Of a stretch of DNA of 61,951 nt, positions 1 to 7,781 are shown piece after piece. The notes beneath the pieces are model-generated. The model ran no database searches. It was not told where the DNA came from and was given only the letters and a program-made list of their open reading frames with translations. Origin of the DNA: Nonomuraea sp. (GTDB lineage Bacteria > Actinomycetota > Actinomycetes > Streptosporangiales > Streptosporangiaceae); assembly GCA_036276095.1 (NCBI GenBank), contig DASUCK010000074.1, forward strand, positions 1 through 61,951. Direction: 5' to 3'. The translations under genes were made by a program, and so were the position numbers. Positions within the stretch are counted from its first letter, which is position 1, and every line of letters begins with the position of its first letter.

Positions 1-138
1 ACCTTCGCCTCGAACGAGTCCGGCGAGCCTCGGGTGATCGCGAAGGGCATCGTGAGCGGCGGCAGCGGCAAGGGTCTGATCTACCAGGACTTCGGTACGG
101 CCTGGCGTGACTTCGGCCTCGAACCCGCCATCGGCTGA
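1..138 (+). CDS. 3' end of a CDS entering the window, possibly an S1 (trypsin/alpha-lytic-like) protease C-terminus
   Basis: Frame 1 is open to TGA at 136-138: TFASNESGEPRVIAKGIVSGGSGKGLIYQDFGTAWRDFGLEPAIG. 'V.AKGIVSGG' resembles S1 protease C-terminal strands; codon usage is GC3-rich. Confidence 0.35.
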   Translation, partial: TFASNESGEPRVIAKGIVSGGSGKGLIYQDFGTAWRDFGLEPAIG

Positions 139-311
139 TCACCGGGGGCCCACTGTCCCGGCCGTCCATGCCAACCGTTCGACTTCCCACTGACGTGCCC
201 CGGCTTTCCTGGCCTGCCACTCCAGGCCGGGAAGGCGGCGATCCTGGCCTGCCAAGCGATTTCGGCGGGCCCGGTGGGCGAACAGGGTCACGCCATGGAG
301 GGCCTCGCCCG

Positions 312-2630
312 TCACTGAACAGCACCTGAACGGTGTGCCGGCCCGGCGAGCCTGCCTGCGGCGAGGTGGTCGTGCAGGGCCGCGTGGCGGAACTGATAGA
401 CCGGGCCGACGGCGCGCAGCAGGCCCAGGCGGTGGGCGTCGTCGAGGAAGTCCATGAGGCGCCAGGGAAGTTGACCGGTCAGGGCCAGCCGCGCGATCGC
501 GATGCTGCTTGCCAGCCACGCATGATGCCGTCCGATCACGAGGCCGCCGCAGAGGCCGCTCAAGAGTCCGCTCAAGGGCACGACCGAGGGCCAGACCCAT
601 GATCCGCTCCCGAGCCCGGTCGCTAGTTTGCCGAAACCGTTCACCAGCCCGAACACGAGCGCGGCCATGAGGCCGACCAGGGCCGCGCGAAGAAGAATGA
701 GGGCTCTGTCGGCTCGCCAACTGGAGCGGGGAGTGCTGGTCGAGGTGAGGGTGGGCTCTTCGGCCCATTTGATCAGTCCGAGTGTCAGGGTGACCCCGAG
801 CCCGAAGACGATCGCGATCACGACCGCGATCACGACCGCCGCCACGGTCGCGACCCCCAACCCGACCCTCACCCCGATCCCGGTCGCGCGTACGATCTCG
901 CCCTGCTGCCCGAACGCGAGCAGGGTTCCGATCTCGTGCCCGAAGATGAGCACGACTGAGAGGCCGCCTCCGATCCCGGCTGCGCGGCCGGACGTGAGGT
1001 TGCCGCTGATGGAACGGAGGAGACGGGGCGTTTGTCCGCGCAGGCGGAGGTTGGCGTAGCCGGGAGTTTCGTCGACCCAGGACTTGCGGGCAATGCGCCC
1101 GACCACGAGTCCGGCCAGGACCCCGATCCAGGGCCCGCTCCCGATCCCGCCCCCGAACCCGACCACGGGCGCGGTCGCGAACCCGATCACGAGCCCGAAC
1201 GCGAGCCCGGCCACTCGCCCGACCGTTGAGCGGATGCGCTCTGTGCTGCGGGCGATGCGCCACCAGGCGATGTCGCGGGTCGCGGCCGGAGGGAAGGCAC
1301 GCGCCAGACAGGTCAGGTAGCGGCGGGTGGTGTCCGGGTCGAGCCGGTGCCGGGGCCGGAAGTGGTCGGCGGGGTCGGCGCTGGGTGGGCGATCGCGGAT
1401 CAGGGCGGGGATGAGCCGGTCGAGCAGGTGGGCGCGCAGGGCGTCGGCGTCGTCGCCCAGAGGGCCGGTCAGCGGGGCGGGGTCGGCGCCGGGGGTCAGG
1501 TAGACGGTGCGGATCAGCCACAGGCCGAGCGGGGTGGCGGCCAGCCGGGTCAAGCCGGGCATGGCGCGGGATCGCAGCGCGGCCAGCGTTTGCGTCCAGG
1601 CGTCGGACGGGGCGGCGGGCAGGCAGGCGGTCAGGTAGTCGGCGGCGGCCTGCGGGGTGACGGGCTGGGGGACGATGACCGCGGCGGCGGTCAGCGGCCG
1701 GCCGGCCTCGCGGACGGCGGCGGTGAACTCGGTCCGGCGGCTGGTGAGGATGAGGTGGTCGCGGGCGGTCAGCGAGGCGTTGAGGGCGGCGATCACCTTG
1801 GCGCGGGCGGGTGCGAGGATTTCGTCCAAACCGTCCAGGACGGGCAGGATGTGGCCGCTTTCGGCCAGCGCGGCGGCGACGCCGGGGCCGAGCTGCGGGG
1901 CGGCCAGTGCCGGGTAGTCCTGGGCGAGGCGGACGGCGAGCCAGTCCTGCAGCCGGGGGTGGACGCCGGTGTCCCAGCCGGAGATCGGCAGCAGCACCGG
2001 CACCGGCACGATCTCCCCTTCGCCGGCGGCGGCCTGGGCGGCGGCGCGGGTGGCCAGCAACCGCAGCAGCAGCTGGATCGCCAAGGTGGTCTTGCCCATG
2101 CCCGCCCCGCCGGCGATGACCAGCCGCCGCCGGGTCAGGCCGCGGAAGGCGTCCGCCAAGGCCGCGATGTCGTTCATGCGGCCGGTCATCGTCAGCTCAG
2201 CGTCGGCGGTGATCAGGCGGGGCTGGCTCATCACCGTCTCATCGGCGATGAGCCGCCAACGCACCGGGATCGGTTCTGGATCGTCCAGCAGCCGGTGCCG
2301 GGCCTCGGCGCGCCACTGCCGTTCCACCAGACCGGCCAGCACGCGGGCTGCGGCGCCGACGGCCAGACGCGCTTCGTCCCCGCCGTCCCCGCCGACCCCG
2401 CTGGCCACGCCGACCACGCCGGCGGGGGTGACAGCGGGTGTGTCGCGCCGGGCCCAAGCGATCATCGCGCCCACCAGCATGGCCCCGGCCAGCGCCACGG
2501 CGACGACGTCGGCGAGGTTGACCTCGGCATCCGGTGTTCGCGCCCGCCAGACCGCGACCACCGCCACGCCCACCGCCACGACGGACACCACCGTGACGGC
2601 GATCCGCCATCCTTCCTTGCGTCTGCTCAC
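312..2630 (-). CDS. Membrane-anchored NACHT-domain NTPase
   Basis: Walker A GGAGMGKT, Walker B ILPVLDGLDE, LILTSR, TPLGLWL and C-terminal YQFRHAALHDHL. Two N-terminal and several C-terminal hydrophobic helices. GTG 2630 chosen because the ORF-track start overlaps the divergent SDR. Confidence 0.85.
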   Translation of the reverse strand: MSRRKEGWRIAVTVVSVVAVGVAVVAVWRARTPDAEVNLADVVAVALAGAMLVGAMIAWARRDTPAVTPAGVVGVASGVGGDGGDEARLAVGAAARVLAGLVERQWRAEARHRLLDDPEPIPVRWRLIADETVMSQPRLITADAELTMTGRMNDIAALADAFRGLTRRRLVIAGGAGMGKTTLAIQLLLRLLATRAAAQAAAGEGEIVPVPVLLPISGWDTGVHPRLQDWLAVRLAQDYPALAAPQLGPGVAAALAESGHILPVLDGLDEILAPARAKVIAALNASLTARDHLILTSRRTEFTAAVREAGRPLTAAAVIVPQPVTPQAAADYLTACLPAAPSDAWTQTLAALRSRAMPGLTRLAATPLGLWLIRTVYLTPGADPAPLTGPLGDDADALRAHLLDRLIPALIRDRPPSADPADHFRPRHRLDPDTTRRYLTCLARAFPPAATRDIAWWRIARSTERIRSTVGRVAGLAFGLVIGFATAPVVGFGGGIGSGPWIGVLAGLVVGRIARKSWVDETPGYANLRLRGQTPRLLRSISGNLTSGRAAGIGGGLSVVLIFGHEIGTLLAFGQQGEIVRATGIGVRVGLGVATVAAVVIAVVIAIVFGLGVTLTLGLIKWAEEPTLTSTSTPRSSWRADRALILLRAALVGLMAALVFGLVNGFGKLATGLGSGSWVWPSVVPLSGLLSGLCGGLVIGRHHAWLASSIAIARLALTGQLPWRLMDFLDDAHRLGLLRAVGPVYQFRHAALHDHLAAGRLAGPAHRSGAVQ

Positions 2631-2805
2631 GCCGCTATCGTCACCCTCGGCCGAGCAATCTGTCAGCGTAAGAACACGAATCGTGCCTGCGCGCATCATG
2701 CGGGGCAGGCCGTTCGCGGTCCGGGTGTTCGATGCGGTCGATGAGGGACCCTGCACACCCGGCAGGGGTATGGCCGTCGGGCGGATCGCTGCTAGCGTGC
2801 CGCGG

Positions 2806-3549
2806 ATGAGTGGACGTGGAGTTCTCATCACCGGCGCCTCGCGAGGAATCGGGCGCGCGATCGCGGCGGCGTTCGCCGACCAGGGCGACCGCGTGGCGGT
2901 TCACCACCGTGACTCGGCCGACGAGGCGCGTAGCCTGCTCGGCGTGCTCCCCGGACGAGGCCACGCGGTGGTCCGGGCGGATCTGGCCGATCCGGAGGAG
3001 GTGCGGCGCATGGCCGACGAGGCGGCGGAGGCGCTCGGCCGGATCGATGTCCTGGTCAACAACGCCGGCGTCTTCTTCCACCACCAGATCACCGAGCTGA
3101 CCTACGAGCAGTGGCGGACCGCCTGGCGGAAGACCCTCGACGTCAACCTCATCGGCGCCGCCAACGTCACCTGGTGCGCCGTCAGGCACATGCCGCCCGG
3201 CGGCCGCATCGTCAACGTCTCCTCGCGCGGCGCCTTCCGCGGCGAGCCGGAGGGCCCGGCGTACGGCGCGAGCAAGGCCGGGCTCAACGCCATGGGCCAG
3301 TCGCTGGCGGTCGCGCTCGCCCCGCACGGCATCGCCGTGGCGACCGTCGCGCCCGGTTTCGTCGAGACCGACATGACCAACGAGCACCTGAAGGCGCCGC
3401 GCGGCGACGCGATCCGGGCGCAGAGCCCGTTCGGCCGGGTGGCGCGGCCGGAGGAGATCGCCGCCGCGGTGGTGTATCTGGCCTCGCCGGCGGCCGAGTG
3501 GGCCAGCGGCGCCGTGCTCGACCTCAACGGCGCCTCCTATCTGCGGTAG
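2806..3549 (+). CDS. Short-chain dehydrogenase/reductase (SDR)
   Basis: TGASRGIG, NNAG, YGASK catalytic motif and PGFVET; ATG at 2806. Confidence 0.93.
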   Translation: MSGRGVLITGASRGIGRAIAAAFADQGDRVAVHHRDSADEARSLLGVLPGRGHAVVRADLADPEEVRRMADEAAEALGRIDVLVNNAGVFFHHQITELTYEQWRTAWRKTLDVNLIGAANVTWCAVRHMPPGGRIVNVSSRGAFRGEPEGPAYGASKAGLNAMGQSLAVALAPHGIAVATVAPGFVETDMTNEHLKAPRGDAIRAQSPFGRVARPEEIAAAVVYLASPAAEWASGAVLDLNGASYLR

Positions 3550-3661
3550 TTCCACGCATTGTCATGATCTTCTCGATCTCGCTGCAAGCCCCTCGCAAGC
3601 GGCCCCTTCTAGGCTCGGTGCCCCGGCGGCCTGCGGGGCTGGGCGTACCGGCCGCCGGCCT

Positions 3662-3687
3662 GTATCTGACGCCTGCGGGGACGCTCT
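3662..3687 (+). promoter_or_regulatory. Putative ECF sigma promoter GTATCT-N15-GCTCT upstream of the 421-aa gene
   Basis: gtatct 3662-3667 and gctct 3683-3687. The same two elements occur upstream of the 139-aa gene at 11450-11476 on the minus strand. Confidence 0.55.
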
Positions 3688-3726
3688 TATCTCCTTGAGG
3701 CGAGGGACCAGCGAACGGGAGAGCTC

Positions 3727-4992
3727 ATGGCCGACACTCCGTTGACCGCGGACGACGTCCTGCGCATCGCGGCGTACAAGGACCGGAGCCCGGCGCTCGA
3801 GGCGATGGTCATCGCCTACGCCTACCACCGGGTCGCCGGCGACCTGGCCGCCCACCTGGGCAAGGACGCCAACAACTGGTACTGCTACGCGACCTGGACG
3901 TCCAAGGCGGTCGGCGAGAGCCTCGACCTCACCCCCGGCTCCCCGTTCATCGCCGGCTTCGGTGACCGGCTCGGCGTGCCGCGCCGCCTACGCCGGATCT
4001 TCCGCGCCGCCCTGCTCACCCTGCTCGGCCCCAGCTACGAGCTCGGCCTCGCGCTGGCCAACCGGGCGATCTTCCTGGAGACCGCCAGCCTCGCGGTCAA
4101 TCTGTGGAACGACACACCCGACCGGTTCCTGCGGGTGAGCCCCGACTCCGACCTGACGCCGACGCCGCCGCAGTTCCTCACCGACCTGCTGGAGCGGGCC
4201 GACGCGCGCTACCTGCGCGACGCCGCGCAGCTCATGCTGGAGGCCAGGACGGCCACCGACCCGGCGACGCGGGCCGAGCTGATGCTGGGGGCCAACATCG
4301 CGTTGTCGGCGTACGAGCAGAAACGCGCCCAGAAGGCGCTGGAGCTGGTGCTCTACCGGCCGGTCAGGTGGCTGACGCGGGTGTCGTGGCGGTCGCTGCG
4401 CGCGCTGGTCACCCGCCGCCCGTTCCCCCGCTTCCGCCTGTACGCCGCCGGCCACGACGAGCAGCCCTGGCTCACCCGCAAGCTGGAGGACCTGTGGTCG
4501 GCCCTCTACACCCGCCACCTGTTCGCCGTGCGCACGCCGCTCAGCGACATCAAGGTCGGCCGGCCGCTGCGGCCTCCCCAGGGGGTGGACCAGGCGAAGG
4601 TGTGGGCGCCGATCCAGGACGAACGGGTGCGCAAGCTCGCCGAGGAGTTCGTCACCGAGGACCAGGAGGCGTCGACGGCCGGCGTGGCCAACTGGGTGTC
4701 CTACCCCGACCGCATGCGCTTCATCGTCAGCTACTTCCGCGTCTACCAGCACGTCAGCGCCCTCTACGACGCGCCGTTCGAGAAGCCGGTCGCCGACGGG
4801 CTCGCCGCCGAGATGGCGAAAGGGCTGGTGCCCCAGGCCGTCAGCGACCTGTTCAGGAACGACCCCGCCCTGCCCACCATCCGCCGCAGGGTCTACCGCT
4901 ACCCGACCGAGAGCGACCCCGACGCGTACGAGATGGCGCGCTTCGACTTCGAGCCGTTCCTGGAGGCGATCCGGCTTGACTCCGGCGACTAG
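3727..4992 (+). CDS. Uncharacterised 421-aa helical protein (possibly DUF2515-like)
   Basis: Good codon usage and an RBS-like ggagag. Motif-like blocks NWYCYATWTSKAVG, ANRAIFLE, ANIALSAYEQ and NW..YPDRMRFI..YFR. The family call is from memory only. Confidence 0.75.
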   Translation: MADTPLTADDVLRIAAYKDRSPALEAMVIAYAYHRVAGDLAAHLGKDANNWYCYATWTSKAVGESLDLTPGSPFIAGFGDRLGVPRRLRRIFRAALLTLLGPSYELGLALANRAIFLETASLAVNLWNDTPDRFLRVSPDSDLTPTPPQFLTDLLERADARYLRDAAQLMLEARTATDPATRAELMLGANIALSAYEQKRAQKALELVLYRPVRWLTRVSWRSLRALVTRRPFPRFRLYAAGHDEQPWLTRKLEDLWSALYTRHLFAVRTPLSDIKVGRPLRPPQGVDQAKVWAPIQDERVRKLAEEFVTEDQEASTAGVANWVSYPDRMRFIVSYFRVYQHVSALYDAPFEKPVADGLAAEMAKGLVPQAVSDLFRNDPALPTIRRRVYRYPTESDPDAYEMARFDFEPFLEAIRLDSGD

Positions 4993-5561
4993 TCAAGGAA
5001 GTCCCTGGTGATCTCACGGGCCTGGAGCAACCCGCGCAGCTTCGCGAAACACCGCGCCCGGGTGGGCCCGATGCTCCCGACCGGCCTGCCCAGGCGGCGG
5101 GCCACGTCCACGTAGTGCGGCTCGGAGGTTTCCGTGAGCGCCCTGAACAGGACCCGCTGCGCGGCTGGCAGCTCCTCGACCAGCTGGTCGAGGGTGCCGG
5201 CCAGCCAGCTTCTGGCCAGCTCTCTGTCGACGTCGTCGGTGCCGCCCAGCATGTCGAGGTCGGGGGTGCAGATCTCCTTGGTCTTCCTGGTGAGCTTCAG
5301 GCACTCGCGGAAGGCGATCGTGGCCAGCCAGCCGGCCATGCGCTGCCCGTCCTCGACGCTCCTGAGGTTCTGCCAGGCCAGCAGCCAGGTCGTCTGCAGC
5401 ACGTCCTGGGCGTCCTCGTGGCCGAGCCGGAAGCGGCGGATGCGCGCCTTCAGCATCGGGGTGAACTCCTCGACGAGGCGCTCCCACGCGCCGGTCTCGC
5501 CGGCTTGCGCGGCGGCCACGAGGGCGGCCGTGTCAGGGCGGTCAATGGTCTCCACTTGCAT
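4989..5561 (-). CDS. ECF sigma-70 factor (GSIGPTR subtype)
   Basis: Region 2 AWERLV...DAQDVLQTTWL...GWLATIA.REC; region 4 YVDVARRLGRPVGSIGPTRARC. RBS gaggag precedes ATG 5561. Confidence 0.92.
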   Translation of the reverse strand: MQVETIDRPDTAALVAAAQAGETGAWERLVEEFTPMLKARIRRFRLGHEDAQDVLQTTWLLAWQNLRSVEDGQRMAGWLATIAFRECLKLTRKTKEICTPDLDMLGGTDDVDRELARSWLAGTLDQLVEELPAAQRVLFRALTETSEPHYVDVARRLGRPVGSIGPTRARCFAKLRGLLQAREITRDFLD

Positions 5562-5666
5562 CGCTGACTCCTCACCGGTCCGGACTCTCGTGGGGTCGCT
5601 CCCGGCCGGCACACCAACGCTCGTCCCGACGACCCGCCGGTGCTGTCTCGGACGTGACAGTCCGGG

Positions 5667-5682
5667 TGTGCTTCTCGTCACA
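5667..5682. promoter_or_regulatory. CRP/GlxR-type binding site
   Basis: TGTGC-ttctcg-TCACA is a 9/10 match to TGTGA-N6-TCACA and lies between the divergent ECF and crp genes. Confidence 0.65.
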
Positions 5683-5749
5683 TTCGCGACACGGGAGAGA
5701 TCGCTTACCGCGTGCTGCCCGGGGGCCGATCGCGGCCTAAAGTTCTTGC

Positions 5750-6460
5750 ATGAACGGGCGCAGCGGGGCTCCACACGACGTTCAGCCGGTCGCCGCCGTG
5801 CTGGCGGAGACCCCGCTGTTCCGCGTACTCGGAGAGGGCGGCATCCAGACCGCGGCGCGGGCCGGCCTGGCCCGCCGCTACCGCCCCGGACAGATCATCT
5901 TCCACCAGGGAGACCCAGGAGAGTCTCTCCACGTCCTGCTGGACGGGCTGGTGAAGGTCGTGTTCACGACCGAGCACGGCGACGAGATCGTGCTCAACAT
6001 GCTCAGCAGGGGCGACACCTTCGGCGAGATGGCGCTGCTGGACGGCTCGCCGCGCTCGGCCTCGATCGTGACCGTGCGGCCTTCGTGGGTGTTCGCGCTG
6101 CCGAGGGCCCGGCTGCTGGAGCTGATGCGCGAGCATCCGGGCCTGGCCGACGAGTTCCTGCGCATGCTCGGCCACATGGTGCGCAGGCTCACCGGGCAGG
6201 CGGCCGACCTGGCCTTCCTCGACCTGGGCGGCCGGCTGTCCAAGCTGCTGCTGCAGCTGGCCGACAAGCACGGCAGCACCGAAGGCGTGGTCGATCTGCC
6301 CGGCCTGACGCAGTCCGACCTCGCCGCGCTGATCGGCGCGACGCGGCCGGCGGTCAACCGGGCGCTGCAGTCGCTGGTGTCGAGGAAGCTCATCGCCATC
6401 GAGGGCCGGACGATCACGCTGCTGGACCTCGCCGCCCTGCGCAGGCGGGGCGGGCTCTGA
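5750..6460 (+). CDS. Crp/Fnr family transcriptional regulator (cNMP-binding)
   Basis: Phosphate-binding cassette FGEMALLDGSPRSAS; HTH LTQSDLAALIGATRPAVNRAL. TAAAGT ends 6 nt before the ATG, suggesting a leaderless mRNA. Confidence 0.95.
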   Translation: MNGRSGAPHDVQPVAAVLAETPLFRVLGEGGIQTAARAGLARRYRPGQIIFHQGDPGESLHVLLDGLVKVVFTTEHGDEIVLNMLSRGDTFGEMALLDGSPRSASIVTVRPSWVFALPRARLLELMREHPGLADEFLRMLGHMVRRLTGQAADLAFLDLGGRLSKLLLQLADKHGSTEGVVDLPGLTQSDLAALIGATRPAVNRALQSLVSRKLIAIEGRTITLLDLAALRRRGGL

Positions 6461-6482
6461 CCGGATCTGGAGTACGGGATTC

Positions 6483-7781
6483 ATGAACGATCGCAACGGC
6501 GCCGAGGAGCGCTGGCCGGAGGAGCGATTCCGGCGCCTGAGGCAGACGGCTGACCCGGAGATCGACGAGGTGGTGATCCGCTACCTGAAGGAGCAGCCGG
6601 CGGGCAGCGGCCCGCTGGAGCTGGTCAAGGCGGTGGTGGCGGAGCTGGGGGAGGCCAAGCGGGAGGCCCGGGCCCCCTCGGGCGAGCCGCCCGCGTCGAA
6701 GATCTTCGAGGCGCTCGACTTCGCCAAGGAGCTGCCCGGCTGGGGCGGTGACGCCGAGCTGCTGGCCAGGGGGCAGTCGGTGTTCGCCGACTACGGGCTC
6801 TACCAGGCGGCGGCGCTGTTCTGCAAGTGCCTGCCGATGGCGTACGTCGAGGTGTCCAGCGCCAAGGTGCTGGCCGGGGTGTCGCAGCTGGCCACCCACA
6901 GCCTGACCCGGCGGGTGGCCGAGACCGGGCAGATGCTGGTCGACGTGATGGGGCTGAGGGCCACCGGCAGCCTGCTGCCCGGCGGGCCCGGCCACACCAC
7001 GGCGATCGGGCTGCGCATCCTCCACTCGTTCGTCCGCGCGCTGGTCGACGAGCGGTTCGGCGACCGGTGGGACACCGCGGCGCACGGCCCGCCGGTCAAC
7101 CAGGAGCTGCTGCTGGCCACGATCTTCGACTTCTCCGTGGTCACCTGGGAGGCCCTGGAGACCATGGGGGTGAGGCTGACGGCCGAGCAGCGCGCCGCCC
7201 ACCTCTACACGTGGAGCGTGTTCGGCCACCTGATGGGTGTGCAGGCGTGCCGGGAGGGCCCGCTCACGCTCGACGACGTGGTGCCGGTCAGCGAACGCCT
7301 CGGCCGCCTCTACGAGTCCAGCCCCGAGGGCCGCCTGCTCATGGCCACGCTGCTGGCGGAGATGGAGGAGTTCATGCATCTCGGCTGGCGCAAGCTGCCG
7401 CGCAGCCTGGTGCACTGGGTCTTCCGCGACGCGAAGCACGGCGCCGACCGGGTGCCCGAGCTGCTCGGCGTGCCGCCGGCGGCGTGGTGGTGCACCGCGC
7501 TGTTCACGGCGGCGCGGGCGCTGCACGAACGCGCGTGGCTCGGCCGGCCGGTCGACGCCGTGGTGCGCTGGCTGGTCCGCAGGGCCGGGCGGCACATCGT
7601 GGTCGCCCTGGTCGACCGCCACTCCGGCGGGCAGGCGCCGTTCCGCGTCCCGCCCGAGCTGGCCCGCGCCTGGCGGATCAGGCAGTCGAGGGCCGCCGTG
7701 AAGTCCCGCGAGATCCGGCGTGGCGTCCGGCAGAATGTGCGGAAGAAGGTACGAGCGCCCGCGAAGGGACTGCGCGCGTGA
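6483..7781 (+). CDS. MpaB/DUF2236/Lcp (rubber oxygenase)-like heme protein, cytoplasmic
   Basis: RRVAETG (RxxET), LRILHSFVR (candidate heme-ligand His), PVNQELLLAT and W.VFGHLMGV. No Tat or Sec signal. Confidence 0.85.
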   Translation: MNDRNGAEERWPEERFRRLRQTADPEIDEVVIRYLKEQPAGSGPLELVKAVVAELGEAKREARAPSGEPPASKIFEALDFAKELPGWGGDAELLARGQSVFADYGLYQAAALFCKCLPMAYVEVSSAKVLAGVSQLATHSLTRRVAETGQMLVDVMGLRATGSLLPGGPGHTTAIGLRILHSFVRALVDERFGDRWDTAAHGPPVNQELLLATIFDFSVVTWEALETMGVRLTAEQRAAHLYTWSVFGHLMGVQACREGPLTLDDVVPVSERLGRLYESSPEGRLLMATLLAEMEEFMHLGWRKLPRSLVHWVFRDAKHGADRVPELLGVPPAAWWCTALFTAARALHERAWLGRPVDAVVRWLVRRAGRHIVVALVDRHSGGQAPFRVPPELARAWRIRQSRAAVKSREIRRGVRQNVRKKVRAPAKGLRA

